A stretch of 64,000 nucleotides of DNA from the NCBI GenBank assembly GCA_951406725.2, contig OX597817.1, positions 57,846,001 to 57,910,000 on the forward strand, given 5' to 3'. The first letter of the stretch is position 1; every line of letters starts with the position of its first letter. The position numbers and the translations under genes were made by a program. Source of the stretch: Octopus vulgaris (taxonomy: Eukaryota). The notes beneath the pieces are model-generated. The model was not told the origin of the DNA. It saw only the letters and a program-made list of their open reading frames with translations, and made no database searches. Of this stretch, positions 47,746-62,829 are shown piece after piece.

Positions 47746-50700
47746 CATATCAGAATTGTACAGAATGAGGTTTGCTGTATATGGCAGTGAAGGGAACAAA
47801 ATAGCAAAATAGTCTAATGAAATGGGTTTCTATAGATTATGGGCTTTATATTAACTATGAACTAAATCTTGGAAAAGGACTTTGTATAGCCTATTGCTAA
47901 ACCTTATCATAAACACATTACAATATAAACAAAAGTGTATATATCTACCTTGTTTACAGAGATGAAAACAACCAATGTAAACTTTATAGTTGACTAACAA
48001 CCACCACCACCACTATAACAGGGTTGATGGAATGCTGGATTACTAATCTCCCACTAGAGTTGGTGGTAATGGTATTAGTTGTAGTTAGAATGATGGAGAC
48101 AGGACCAGTGGTATTGTATGGTAGTAGTAGTAGTTGTTGACAAACTTGTTTTGGATATTGCCATTCAACAAATAATTGCCCCACCCTGATATATAATGTC
48201 ATGTGGTGTTATTTACTATACACACACACACCTGCATGCATATATATATACCCAACCCAAATATATATATATGAATAACATATCTTTCTTTCATCCTTCC
48301 TTTGTTTGAATCCTGGCCATACTGGAGCACCACTTTGAAAGCTTTTAGTTAAACATATTGACTCCAGTACATTTTTTTTAAAGTCTGATATTCTATCAGG
48401 CTGTTTTGCCAAACTGCTAAGTCATTATGGGGGGGGGGGGTAAACAAACCATCATCAGTTGTGAAATGGTGATGGTAGTGGGACACACAGACACACAAGG
48501 GAAATCTGACCTTTCTAGTATTTGAACTCAGAATGCTTGGGGCTTTTAACAGAAGGAACACCGTATAACTGGTGAGTTACTACTAACTTGGAGAGGTTAA
48601 TTCTAATAAATGGCAAAGTTGGTTCCAGAATGATTGATACTCAAGAAGAATATGTAACTAAATACCACAAGATATTTTGAACAGTCATCGATTGATTTCA
48701 ACATCCACTGTCCTAACAAATAATATTGATATCCAAAATTAATAATGACTTTCAACATGGATAACAGTTTTGTTTCTATTGATTGGAGTAGGTGAGAATT
48801 AGAGCAGAATTTTACCACCATCATCGTCGTCATCATCATCGTTTAACGTCCACCTTCCATGCTGGCATCGGTGGGACAGTTTGACAAGAGCTGCCCAAGC
48901 AGAAGCCTGCACCAGACTTTTGTGACTGGTTTGGCAGGATTTTTACAGCTGGAGGCCCTTCCTAGCCCCAACCACTCAGCAGAGTGGAGTGCTTTTTACG
49001 TGGCACAAAGATAGGTGAGATCAGTTTTGGCAAGGATTTTTACAGCTGGATGCCCTTCCAAATGCCTACCACTTTACATTGTGGATTGGGTGCTTTTAAG
49101 TGGCACTTGCACTGACAGGGTCACCAAGTACCTTGCAAGACAGAAAAAAACCTTTTGTGAGGGGAGGGGGCATTGGAGGAGGCGATCTTGTATCGGATGA
49201 TGAAAGGTTATGGTGAGACAGAGAGACAGAAACAGGTGTCTTGCTGTAGAGAAAGTACAAGGTTACCTGGCTGGGGAGAGAGAGGGAGAGAGAGATCAGG
49301 AATGAAGACAGAAACAGGTGTGCTACCGCAAAGGAAATACATGGTTATCCAACCTGAGGAGTTACCCAACCCGAGGGATTAATTATGTTAATTCATCATC
49401 ATCATCATCATCATTTAACATCCGTTTTCCATGCTAGCACGAGTTGGACTGTTTGACCAGGGTCTGGGAAGCCAGAAGGCTGCACCAAGATCCAGTCTGG
49501 TTTGGCAGTGTTTCTACAGTTGGATGCCCTTCCTAACGCCAACCACTCCGTGAGTATATTGGGTACTTTTTACGTGCCACCGGCACGGAAGCCAGTGAAG
49601 GCGGCGCACAAAAATAAACATGTAAGTAGGTGTGGTTCCTTTTGAGAATTGAAACTAGATTACATTCTTAATGTGCCGCTAAGATTTACCACAGGACCAC
49701 AACACACACACATCATAAATATGTGTCACCAGATTCTTTATTACAGATAAACTGTTAGGAAGGGCATCCAGCTGTAGAAACCCTGCCAAATCAGATTGGA
49801 ACCTGGTGCAGATCTCCAGCTCAACAGTTCCAGCTAAACCTTCTGACCCATGCCAGCATGGAAAGCAGGTGCTAAATGATGACAATGATAATGATGTTTA
49901 TTTTTATGTGATGAAAACAAATGGTCAAAATTGCAAAATAGAACCCGACCAGCCGTTTTGATCAGTGTTGCTTGCCACTGAGACCTCTGGTGTCCTTCAA
50001 CCCTTGCCTTGCTGATTTCCTCTGCAAAATCAAGATTACTGTGGCCCATCTGAGTAATGAGTCTTGTGAGGTGGGGTGTCCGCGCAGCAAGAATCACTGG
50101 CTATTCTCCACCTCAACGTCTTTGCAATCAAGTCTGAAAGACCTGGCTGAACACGCCATTTGGTCTGGGGTGTACGACCACTTACTCCCTCCCACTAATA
50201 TTCTACTGCTTAATCCCCCTCCTCCCCCGTTTCATTTGTAAAGTAGTTATGGGCTTTTTTTCTTTCCTCAATAATTTGACCATTTATACTTTTAACAATT
50301 TTTCTTTCTTTTCTTCCTGTAAAAATATGCTGTTCAATTAGTTTCATTAATTAAATATAATTAAAAAGGAGGTTTAAGGTCACAAAAGATAAAAATAGGA
50401 GTAACTTGGGACCAAAACTTAAAAAAAGTACTATTCATTTACTGGTATTCATTTTAGACCTGAGTGAGATATATATACAGACGTACATATATATATATAT
50501 ATATAAATATATTATTTCTTTATTGCCCACAAGGGGCTAAACATAGAGGGGACAAACAAGGACAGATAAAGGGATTAAGTTGATTACATCGACCCCAGTG
50601 CGAAAGTGGTACTTTATTTATCGAGCCCGTGACCTCGGCGGAATTTGAACTCAGAACGTAACGACAGACGAAATACCGCTAAGCATTTCGTCCGGCGCGC

Positions 50701-51958
50701 TAACGTGTCTGCCAGCTCGCCATATATATATATATATATATATATACATACTAAGTCTTGGTTAGTCCATAATCTCTCTACACTAAAACTCAAATTATCC
50801 AGAACAGCAGTGGTTGGCATTAGGAAAGGCATCCAGCTGTAAAAGCATGCCAAGACAAACAGCAGAACCTGGTGCAGCTCCTGCCAAACTGCCCAGCCCA
50901 TGGAAAACAGATGTGAAATGATGATAATTACTCACATCATCATACATACCCACATTCACAACCACACCTACAACCACCTGCACAATCATAAACAAAAACA
51001 AACATGGAAGACCATCTGGGTGTGATGTGATGTGATGACTGCAGTTTATTATCGCAACAGAAATGCCAACCCTCACACTCTCTACCGTTATTTATATAAT
51101 CATTTCCCCCCACACACCAACCTAAAATATAATGCAAACCCCATCCACACCACCACCATACACCTATCTTTCCTACCATCTATTCAACACAAACATAAAA
51201 AGAAGTGGAGGGGAAAAAAAAGCCTACAGCAGCATCAATAACCTCGTTAGTTCTGCAAGCAGATAGACACATCATTGACGATAATTGCAGAGAGTAGCAG
51301 TTGTCCGTGTTTGGACCGAGTTCACTTGGTATGTCTTTGTTATGGCTGTTGTCAATAGAATATACAAACAAGAAGACTGCATGACCAGACAAAGACATAG
51401 AACTACATTTCACTCAGCCTAATTGCCATCAATGAGATGGAGGTATGGCATTTCACATCGAGACATTCGACAACCTGAGGAATTACATAACAACAAAAGA
51501 CACCCCTGCCACCAACATAAACGTCTTAAATTATACGGGGGATACGGTAAAGGCACATGGCCTAGTGGTTAGGGTGTTGCACCCGCTATCATAAGATCAT
51601 GATTTCAATCCCTGGACTAAGTAGTGCCTTGTGTTTTTGAGTGAAACACTTCATTTGCTGTAGTTCACCCAAATGTGGCTTGCTGGTTAAGGTGTCCGGT
51701 TCACTACCGTAAGGCTGGAATTGGATTCCTGGCAGAGTGTTGTCTCCTTGAGCAAAACACTAAGCTAAGGTTATGTGTCTGTGGAGTGCTCAGCCACTTG
51801 CATGTTAATCTCATGAGCAGGCTGTGACATTGGAACACTTGTTATAATCAATGGAGTGCCAGGTGAAATGAGTAACCTTGTAATGAACTGGTGACCTGTT
51901 CAGAGGGAATGTTGTGATCTTGGACATATATTGAGCTATAGAAACCAAGTAACTGCCT

Positions 51959-52131
51959 TTATTATCTCCGCCAAGGAAGAAGGTTATGTTTTCATTGGCG
52001 TTTGTTCGTCTGTGTGCAAAATAACTCAAAAAGTTGGTAATGACACAAGGAACATATGATGAAATTTTGGTAGTGATCCAGGAATTTTTATGGATTCTTG
52101 AAGGATTTTTCATTTGTTATATTTACTTTAC
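51959..52131 (+). mobile_element. Helentron-associated (HINE/DINE-like) non-autonomous element fragment
   Basis: Starts TTATTATCTCCGCCAAGGAAGAAGGTTATGTTTTCATTGGCGTTTGTTCGTCTGT, the characteristic left end of such elements (recognised from memory, not by search). Confidence 0.55.
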
Positions 52132-52529
52132 ATCGAGTATTACAATGTTGTGTTCTTTGATTTGAAAGGCGAAGTTGATTTCAGTTGGATTTGAACTCAG
52201 AAAACAAAGTCAAAACAAGCACCGTAAGGTGTTCTATCTGACACCCTAACTACTCTGCCAGTCTGTCGTCAGTCAGTAAACCCTAAAAGAATGATTTCCT
52301 TATATGGACATCCAAGACAACCTACATACTCGAAGTTCTATCAAGAAGGTTTAGCTTTAAATAAACTATGAATGAATGTGACACAGTTTCCAGAATAAAT
52401 TAATGGTTTAAATATGGAAGAAGCAAGCAAGAAAACTTGCAGACAACAAAAACAAGAGAAATAGGAAGTTATTACAGGTTGCAAGAGACTGGAATATGGA
52501 GATACAGGAGGGGTTTGGATGTAAACATA

Positions 52530-52603
52530 TGCTCATATATGTATGTATATATTTATATAAATATATATATATATATACATATGTATGTATGTATGTATAT
52601 ATT

Positions 52604-52635
<32 letters not shown>

Positions 52636-52674
52636 ACACAAATATACGTGTATGTATATATTTATATATATCCG

Positions 52675-52714
<40 letters not shown>

Positions 52715-53000
52715 TTATGTATATGTATGTATATATTTATATATACACACACATATGTGTATGTATATATTTATATATATATATATACACACACACATAT
52801 GTATGTATGTATATATTTATATAAATAAATAAATATATACACACACATATGTATGTATGTATATATTTATATAAATAAATAAATATATATATATATATAT
52901 ATACACATACACACACACACATGCATACACAGACAATGTGTGTATGTTTGTACATGTATGTATGTATATATAATATACACACAGAAGCAATTACACACTC
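52530..53000. repeat. Long (TA)/(CA)/(TATG) compound microsatellite
   Basis: Directly visible. Similar tracts at 17777-17826 (GA), 21200-21480, 21775-21822, 30785-30942, 35058-35135 and 63712-63800. Confidence 0.95.
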
Positions 53001-56000
53001 ACTTATGTGTATGTATGTTTATAGAGATACAGAAACCTAAAGAAATATACTGTACAAATATATATGGATATGTAGGCACATCTACATACATATCTACACA
53101 AACATACAGACATTAAATATGCCTAAACATGCACACAACATACACACACACTATTACACTTATGTATACGCATATAGAAACTTAAACAAACTCTATATAA
53201 ATATATACATGCATAAAGACGTGTGTGTGTGTTACCTAAACAGCAGAATAAGTGTAAAGCAGAAGCAAACTAGATTACCACATGAAGTGAAAAGAAACCT
53301 TACAGAAGGACAAATACACGTACAACTGCATGCACACATGCATGCACAGAGGGAGCTGCAGCTGAGAGCAAAGAGGTAAGGGGGTGGGTGGGTGGGAGAT
53401 GGCGATAAAAGAGAGTTGCAGTCAGATAAACCAAGAAACCAAATATAATAAGCACTGCTCCGCCCCATCTCCCCCCCACACCCAACCGTTTTGCTGTGAC
53501 AACAATAACGAATGTCTTTTACCTGGCTTCACACAAACTTTCAGGAATTCATACACACACACACACACATACATACACAGATGCTGTAGTGTTTGGTATG
53601 ATGGATGATTGGGGTGGGTGGGTAAAGGGTGGGGTGGGGGTTCGCTGGATCATAGAAATCAAATTTTAATGGCAGAGGCTGATTCTTGCTGACGGTTCAG
53701 AATCATAACGGCGAAACCTGGTTTTTGCTGGTAGAACTGCCACACCTCCCCTCTCATCCCCCGAGAAGTAGAGCTGATGTGACCATGATTCTTCAGTTTT
53801 GTGTTTCGTTGTCTTTAGGGTTGATTGGAGAGGCAATAAAATAAATGTATGCATATATATATGCATGTATGTGTGTATGTATAGGAGCAGGCTGGCTGTG
53901 TGTGTGTAAGAAGCTAACTTTGCAACCACATTGTTTTGGATTCAGTTCCACTGTGTGGAACCTTGGACAAGAGTCTTCTACTATAGCCAAGGGCTGACCA
54001 AAGCCTTGGGAGTGGACTTGGTTGACAGAAACTGAAAGAAGCCCGTCGTGATATCTGTATGTGTCCCCTAGTCTTGATTGTTGTAAATGAATACCACTCA
54101 CTTCCAATCATCATCATCCAGTGTTTTAAATCCGGGTTTTGTCCCTGTTAATGGGGGTGGCCAGATCTACCTCAATGCCATAGCAACGGAGGTTGGCAGG
54201 TGCAGCCCACCCCAACCTTTGGGCTGGCTGGTGCCCATTCTCCTTAGCTATCATGAGGCCTTTTTTAGAGCTGGATTTTCTATGGAAAGCATGCCCTTGA
54301 TTAACCCAAACTTCAGTTTCTAGACATGAGTGGTTCCAAGACCAAGGCCTCTACCATGATTTTTAAGAAATGTGGTGCAAAAACATGTCTGGCCACCAGG
54401 AAATATTCTCAAGGTTATCAACCAGTGAATGTTGGTGACAAGAAGGGCAACTGGCCATAGAAGTTTACCCTCCATCTGACCCATGCAAGCCTGAAAAAGG
54501 GGATGCTAAAAGGATGATGCTGACTGTGCAATGTATTTTTCCATTTTGAAGATGGTGGCGGTGGGAATTTGACTGCTATTTCTGGCTATTGAGGCAAGGA
54601 GATAGTAAATCCTTGCTGTGGTGCAGAAGTATAAACTAATTCTTTTATTCTTTTACTTGTTTCAGTCATTTGACTGTGGCCATGCTGGAGCACTGCCTTT
54701 AGTCAAACAAATTGATCTCAGGACTTATCCTTTGTAAGCCTAGTACTTATTCTATTGGTCTCTTTTGTCGAACAGCTAAGTTACGGGGACATAAACACAC
54801 CCACACACACGACAGGCTTCTTTGAGTTTCCATCTAATAAATCCATTCATAAGGCTTTGGTTGGCCCAAGGCTATAGTAGAAGACACTTGCCCAAGGTGC
54901 CACACAGTGGGACTGAACCCGGAACCATGTGTTTGGTAGGCAAGCTACTTACCACGCAGCCACTCCTACAGCTATTGATATTATGACATCATACAACTGT
55001 GTCGGTGGAGTGGGAGTGGGGACTTGATGAATGTTGTGCGGTCAGAATTAGACAGGCCCCGAACAAGCTTTGGAGGGGGTTTATAGCAGATGTAGTCTAG
55101 AAGGGATTCGAGACCAATTATTTTATATAACAACAGACAAGGGAGAAGTAGCACCCACAGGATCCATTACAAAGCTCAGTGGGAAGGAATTCTTTGGATT
55201 GTAACAGAGTAGACTCTGCTGCTCAAAGGCACCAAAGAGCCAAATGGTGATGTTAAAACCAGGCAACAAATTAACTCTTTTGGGAGAGAGAAATGAGAAA
55301 GAATGGAGCAGAGAGGAGGACATGATGAGACATGGTTGAAAGAGAACTGAAACAGCAACATTACAAAAGTAGTCAAAGGAAAGGGACAGCGATAAAAATT
55401 AAATAAAAGATATATTTCTATAAATCTATTGAACCTAAAAGAGGATGGGGAAATATACAATAATCATCTATCTATCTATCCGTACATACATACACACGTG
55501 CGTACAAACAGGCGTAGCCAGTGTTTAACAACAGCATTCTCAGTTATAACGGATTCTCCATAAGCCATGTAAATCTTTATGCATCTAGATATTCATGTAT
55601 TGCATTCACATGCATTTGTACAAAGTGGCGATTTGGCAGATTTGTAATAGCCTTGGACACAATCCTGTGAATTTTTTTATTTTTACTCACGATCCCTTTT
55701 GATCAGAATTTTATTTTTCTCCATTTTTTCTATTTTCAAAAAGAAAAGCTCTACAATTGTATTTTGTCCCCTCAGGGTTTGGCCCTGTGTGGCTAATAAA
55801 GAAAGAAAGAAAGAAATCCATCTATTTATCTAGATGTGTGTGTGTGTGAAGGCATGTGGCTAAGTGGTTAGGATTTTACGCTCACGGTCTTGAGGTTGTG
55901 GGTTTGATTTCCAGATTGAGTGGTACGTTGTGTTCTTGAGCAAAACACTTCATTTCACATAACCCCAGTCCGATCAACTGTAAACGGGTCGTCACCCTGC

Positions 56001-56209
56001 AACAGACCAGCCTCCCAATCTGGGGAAATGTCAGTCTGCTTGCATAACCAGTGGGGCTGCATCATTTTGATGGCTAAAACGAAGCAAAGCGCATTGTGAC
56101 CAGTGATGTATAACAACATCTGAAAGTCTGGTTCATACCATAATTATATAGATAAATACATACATATGTATGTATCTATGCACACATGCATGCACGCACA
56201 CACACACAC

Positions 56210-56429
56210 CTCTAGAGTAAACCATTTGTCAAGTGCTGCTGCTTCATGGAGCTTGGTGCTGTCTCAGACTGACAGGTGACACAGTCAGTGAGTGGAATCG
56301 ATCTATGGGCTGTAGTGTCGCAATGCTTGATTGGCTAATCCAGTTTTAAAGAATCTGTCCAAGCAGAGACAGCAACAGACTCGAAGCGTACATTGAGGGA
56401 TGGCTTTACAGATTTTTCCTGAATCATCT
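56210..56429 (-). other. Candidate non-coding (5' UTR) exon
   Basis: Strong acceptor on minus strand (long pyrimidine tract, CTAAC branch point, ttgttccag|), unique non-repeat sequence, possible donor GAG|gtgtgt. Stops in all three frames. Confidence 0.35.
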
Positions 56430-57585
56430 CTGGAACAAATATGTTAGATAGAGGAGGAGAAAAAGCAAGCAAACAAAAAAAGTACAAAACAATGTGTGTG
56501 TGCAATCATCATCATCTTCATCATTTAATGTCAGCTTTCCATGCTAGCAGGGTGGGTATGTTTATAAATACTTACACACACATACATATAGATATATGCA
56601 TGGGTATGTGTGTGTGTTCCCTATGTGCACATATGTATATATGTCTGTGTATGGTTAATTTTTTTAGTTTTAAAAATATTTTAAGATAACTTTTAATGAG
56701 AAAGCAAACCACCCAAATCAATTAGTCAGTTTAATAAAGCCCCACCCAGGGGCTGCCCGATCTATGGTTAAATATAGCAAATGGAAGAGGAGAGAGAGAG
56801 AGAAAGATGAAGCATGGCCTGTGTGTGGAGGGGTGTCCTTTTTGTGCTGGTGGTGGTGGAGTTAGTGACACAGATTGCAAAGTTAGAGGTGAGCGGTGGT
56901 GGTGGTGGTGAGTAGGTGAGGGTAGGCAGGAGTGAGAATGCGATTCTGCAGAGAAATACCACAACACTAGGAGTAGGAGGGCAAGTGTTGGGGGAAGAGG
57001 GGGGTGAATGACAAGGTGATGATGGTGATGGGGGGGATGGTGGAGGGGAGAGTGATGGTGGTGGTGGGGAAGATATTTCAATTTTAATTACCAAGATTTC
57101 AGATAGCTTTTGTAAAAAATAAAACAACAACAAAAAGATGATGATGATGACGATGAAGACGGAGAGTATGCCACGGTGGTGGTGTTTTGCAAAATCAAGA
57201 GATTAAGAAGATTATCAAATGTGAAAAAATAAAAAGGGTGGTAGAGGCGGTGGTGGTGGTGGTGGCAGATTTGTGTGTGTGTGTGTGTTTGCAGCTGTGT
57301 TAAGTGAGTCATAGAATGTTGTCAAGTGGCTGCTTCATCATTTTACTGACACTAAACACACCGACAGAGCTTACTGTAGTGGTGGTGGTGGTGGTGCCAG
57401 TGTAACAGTGGTCACATACAGTTGCAGTGTGGGTGGCAGTATGCAAGTGGTCTTCTTGTATATTATGTGAGTCCGGTGGTATTAACAGTTGCAATGTAAG
57501 TGCTTGCAGCAGTGTGGTCATTATGTACTGACAAAGTAGAAGAAAAGGTAAACAGAGGGTCAGCATTGGTGGTTATAGGACTGGT

Positions 57586-57861
57586 CAAGGCTGTGGAGTC
57601 GAAACAAAAAACTGACTCCGACTCCTCTACTATTGGCATCTCCGACTCCTCTTTATGTAATTGATTGTGGTCTGCATATCTCATAAAGCATATGCATACG
57701 CTTGTACTTTGAGTAGTCCTATATGTTATAACTGGTTTATATTAAAGAATAAAGACATTGTGGGTTGGAGTCGAGTGTCAGTATAGTTTTAACGACTCCG
57801 ACTCCAGCTACTCCTTACTAGTTTCCGACTCCGATTCCATAACTCCAACTTCACAGCCCTG
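57586..57861. mobile_element. hAT-type MITE with GACTCC/GGAGTC subterminal repeats
   Basis: TIRs CAAGGCTGTGGAGTCG and CAACTTCACAGCCCTG; multiple CGACTCC motifs; imperfect 8-bp TSD GGACTGGT/ACACTGGT. Confidence 0.75.
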
Positions 57862-58559
57862 ACACTGGTGGTGTCAGTAGTGTAGTGGTGATGGTATTGC
57901 AGTGGTAGACACAGTGTAGTGGCAGTAGTGTACCCTCTGAGGCACAAGTCCAGGCAAGGTTGTTTATGAAAGACCAGCAGTCACCCATGCATACCTGCTT
58001 CCCCTATCCACACCCACTGATGTTATCCAAGGGAAAGGCAAAGGCTGATACAGCTTGGCACCAGTGACGTCGCAGCTCATTTATTAACGTGCAAGTGGCT
58101 GAGCACTCCACAGACATGTGTACCCTCAACGTAGTTCTTGAGGAGATTCAGCGTGACACAGAGTGTGACAAGGTTGGCCCTTTGAAATACAAGTACAACA
58201 GAAGCAGGAAGAAAGAGTGTGAGAAAGTTGTGGTAAAAGAGTACAGTAGGGTTCACCACCATCCCCTGCTGGAGCCTCGTGGAGCTTTAGGTGTTTTCAC
58301 TTAATAAATACTCACAATGCTTGGTCTGGGAATCGAAATCGCGATTCTAGGATCACAAGTCCGCTGCCCTAACCCCTGGGCCATTGTGCCTCCACTGTTT
58401 AGCTGTACCGCACAGACAACTGCAAAGGCATTGTCATGGAGAATGGCCAGTAACACTGGCTACAGCAGACACTCCACCTGGCAGGGATCATTTCTCAGAT
58501 AGGCCTCAGTTATCCAGATTTTGCAGAGGAAATCTAAAGTGCAGTATTAACGTACTAGG

Positions 58560-58860
58560 AATTAACTTCACTGTAAAACCATATGTACAGCATGCTCTAA
58601 TATACTTAACTAGACAGGGGCATGGCATATGTTTGTCAACCGTGAAAGGAGTACACTCAGACTGTTTGGCCAGGTTGTTGGATTTTCCAAGTTGGGCTCT
58701 GCTTACTATGTTCTCTTCACTAAGGGTCCAGCTGGGTTGATGGCTTGTGTTGGTCAACCACATGTCACAAGGTCACAGCAGATGAGGAGGTATCTCGTGG
58801 AGATGGGGTACTGACTGGGATTCTGCCTGATGGGTCACCCAGGATGATCTGGGAATATAC
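58560..58860 (+). mobile_element. Old RTE LINE 3' fragment
   Basis: RERSTLRLFGQVVGF...GPAG...GQPHVT...YLVEMG resembles a decayed RRLRLFGHVARF...GRP..TW. Confidence 0.55.
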
Positions 58861-60542
58861 TGTCAAATGGTGAACCCCCACCCCCCGCACCTGATCTGAA
58901 CTGACTGTGAAAGGTAAAGTCAACCTTGGTGAGACTGAAACTCAGAACACAGAGGAAAGTAATACAATGGCTGCCAAAGCATTTTGTTTGTCACTCTACC
59001 AATTCCACCCCATCCTTCTTTATCATTATCATCATTATTTAATGGCATGGGTTGGATGGTTTGACCAGAGCTGGCACGCTGGAAGGCTGCACCAGACACC
59101 AGTCTGATTTGGCATGGTTTTCTACAGCTGGATGCCCTTCCTAATGCCAACAACTCCAAAAGTGTAATGGGAGATTTTACGTGTCATTTGTGTGACAGCA
59201 GGTGTACTAACATGCCACCGGTACGGGTTCCATTTGCATGACACTGGGGTGCATTTATGTGCCACCGGCATGGGTTCCATTTGTGTGACATCACGGTGTG
59301 TTTACATGCCACTGACACAGGTGCCATTTGCATGACACCAGGGTACGTGTACATACCATTGTCATGGGTGCCAATATGCATGGCACTGGTATCTGCCACG
59401 ACTGTGATTTTGCTCGGCTTGATGGGTCTTCTCACAATATTTCTAATTAAGACAACGACAACAATATTTATTAATTACAGTAATAACAGGTGAATATAAA
59501 CTAAGGTGTTGTATGTCTTGTGGTACCAGAACTACAGGTGGGATTCTACAAAAAAGGGGAGAAATAACAAGAAAAACTAAAAATACAGAATCTAAAGAGA
59601 CATTCATTCATTCCACATTCCTGTCAAGGAATTTTCAGCAGAAGAAAAAAAAAATCCAAAAGTGTGAGACAATGTTAATGAGTCTGAGATGGTCATTAAA
59701 ATAATTTTAATTAAAACTGGACTCATTTGTTTCATGTCAGTAACCGAATTAAGAGAGTAAATTGAAACATCATTAAGTAATTAGTCAATAAATAAATGAT
59801 AAAGGCCAGCAAAACAGGAATACTGGGTGACATTAAACCACAGAAATGTTGTTTAACCCCAGGTCTAATCCGACCTGGCTGACCTAGCGTCAAGGACACT
59901 CCACCCAGGTTTATCTTATTTTCTGGCACAGTGTATCTAACTCAGACTCTGTTAGTTTGAGAAAGACATCTTGCCTTGTTTAACCCTAGTCCTACAAAGT
60001 CCCTTTTGCACCGTATTGAGTGTGGGATTCACTAATGACTCGAAAGAAAGGAAAAGAGGAAAAAGAAAAGTGTCTGGATTAATGGGTTGCACATATGTGT
60101 GTGTGTGTGTGAGTGTGTATGCATGCATTTGCCTCCCTCCCCCATCACCACAGCTTGACAACCAGTGTTGGTTTGTTTATGTCCCTGTAACTTAGTAGTT
60201 CAGCAAAAGAGAGCAAGTACCAGAAGTACTGAAGGTGATTTATTCAATACTCAAGGCAGTGCTCCAGCATGGCCACTGCGTGACTGAAACAAGTAAAAAA
60301 AAGAAACAAAATCAAGGAGATTCTTTTGTTTGTTTCTGTCATTTTACTGTGGCCATGTTGGAGCACCACGTTTAGTTGAACAAATCGACCCCAGGATACT
60401 TATTCATTGCAAGCCTAGTACTTATTCTATCAGTCTCTTTTTGCCAAACTGCTAAGTTACGAGGATGTAAACAAACCGACATCGGTTGTCAAGTGATGTT
60501 TGTATGTGTATGGGGGGGACAAACAGACACAAACATATACAC

Positions 60543-60595
<53 letters not shown>

Positions 60596-62620
60596 CACAC
60601 AATAGGCTTCCTTCAGTTTCCATCTACCGAATCCACTCACAAGGCTTTGGTCAGCCCAAGGCTATAGTAGAAGACACTTGCCCAAGGTGCCATGCAGTGG
60701 GACTGAACCCAGAACCATGTGGCTGGTAAGCAAACTACTTACCACACAACCACTCCTGCACCTGAGAGATGTATAGAATCCTTTTTGATACCCCCCCAAC
60801 CTGGCCTTATAAGGCAAAAACTCTCAACTTAATATGTTCATAAATTGAAAATATCCATCAAGATTTTATGTAAGAACATTTTGTTAAGTTATGTTGTAAA
60901 CATCAGCTTAATGGTGTGTGTGTGTGTGTGTGTGTGTAGTTGGATGATTTTATAAAAATTCTCCCCAGAATTCTTAATTATTTTTCAAACTGAAACATCT
61001 GCGCTGTTGATTCCAGCGAGAGAGATATGCAGTCATGAAAAGGTTAAACAACAAAACAAGAACTAAACAACATAAATAAATAAATACAAACCCTGATGGT
61101 AATTGAAGTAAAAGATACCGGTGGGGAGGGGGAAGAATTGGTGACAAATTGTTCCATATAATGGTTGCTCCACTTTCCGTACACACTTCATGTTGAGAGA
61201 CGGGGGGGGGGGGGTCTGTGAATAACAAGATCAACAGCAATACTTGAATACTTGAAAACAACAAAACTATTTGCTGTTGTTGCAAGCTCCCCCCCCTCCG
61301 ACCCCCCCCCGACCCCCCCCCCGACTGCCTTCATTGCCACACTCCTCTCCTTAACTGGGGTACACAGGGTGGGTGGTCTAAATTATCTCCCTACCTAATC
61401 ACCACCTGTAGACACTTAGGTAATTAGCAGTGACACAACAAAGGGGTGTCTGACAGAGTGGCACAACGGGGTATGGGGTATACGGACACAGGGACACACA
61501 CACATACACAAAACTGAAGGACAGAAATATTTTGCCAAGTAATGTAATAATAGAGGAGAGTAAGTTATTAGGGGTGATTTTATGTAAGTGATTTAGGGGT
61601 GGAGATTAGGGCTGGGGTGGTGGTTGGACATGGGTATGGGAGAGGAAGAGAGAAACTATTAGCATGTAGTAGAAATATGTAGAGAGAGAGAGGGGGGAAT
61701 GTCAGAGGAGTGATGGTTAGAGAGAAAGGAAAATAAGGAGAAGGGGAGTAGAGAGAGATAGGAGATAGAAACGATGGGTAGGAGAGGGTTGAGAGAGGGG
61801 GGTGATGAATATAAGTAAGAGGAAGAGGGGACATCAGAGAGGAAAAAAGAATGATGTAGAGATAGAGAGAGAGAGATGGATGGATAGAAGATAGAAATAG
61901 TGGACGGAGGGTGGGAGGATGAGAGGGTCAGAAACAGAACTAAGTTTGGGATGAGACTGCAAGAAATGGGTGAGAAGGTAATTTGTTTTTTGTTTGCTCG
62001 TTAAGGGGGAGGGGGAAGGGGATAGAGGACACAAGTGTCAGCTGGGGTCAGTGTTGAAATGTAGGGCGCACTAACAGACAAGGAGACCACAACAAGTAAA
62101 AGGGATCCAGTTACAGATAGAGAAACAAAAAAAAGCTTGCCCAGTTGGTCCCACTCCTATAATGGCCAACAAACAGCAGCAGTAATAGCAATGCCTACCA
62201 AACAAACACTGGAGAGTAAACAAACAAAAGCGAAAGAAAAAGCAAAAGGAAGCAAAAATGTCAGTTTCCTCCTTTTTTTTGTGTGTAAATGTCGCTATTT
62301 AACACAGTTTTTCAATGTTTGGAGAAAGTAAAGTGATATTTCAAGAATGTGTAATAGTTGGTAAAATACTGTATTAGGAGAACCTGAACACAATTGTCTT
62401 CTAGCCATCCCCCCCCCGTACCTCTACACAAAAGGCATTTTATGTTCAGCTCTTTCTGTGTTATCATCATCATCATCATCGTTTAACTGCGGCTTTCCAT
62501 CTACACATGCTGTCATGCGGTGGATGGTTTGACTGAGGGCTGGCAAGCCAGAAGGCTGTACCAAGCTCCAATCCGATCTGGCAAAGTTTCTACAGCTGGA
62601 TGCCCTTCCTAACACCAACC

Positions 62621-62829
62621 TATTTCTTTACTACCCACAAGGGGCTAAACACAGAGAGGACAAACAAGGATAGACAAACGGATTAAGTCGTAACTGGTAC
62701 TTATTTAATCGACCCCGAAAAGATGAAAGGCAAAGTCGACCTTGGCGGAATTTGAACTCGGAACGTAACGGCAGACGAAATACTGTTAAGCATTTCGCCC
62801 GGCGTGCTAACGTTTCTGCCAGCTCACCG
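62621..62829 (-). mobile_element. Family A SINE with 17-bp TSD nested in a family C repeat
   Basis: CCTTCCTAACACCAACC duplicated at 62604-62620 and 62830-62846. Confidence 0.9.

Noticed and set aside
49975-50190. GC-richer unique stretch, possibly a decayed non-LTR retrotransposon C-terminus
   Set aside because: No motif I could identify with confidence in any frame.
61289-61322. Three poly-C runs (G-quadruplex potential on minus strand)
   Set aside because: Homopolymer G/C runs are common throughout the window; no specific context.
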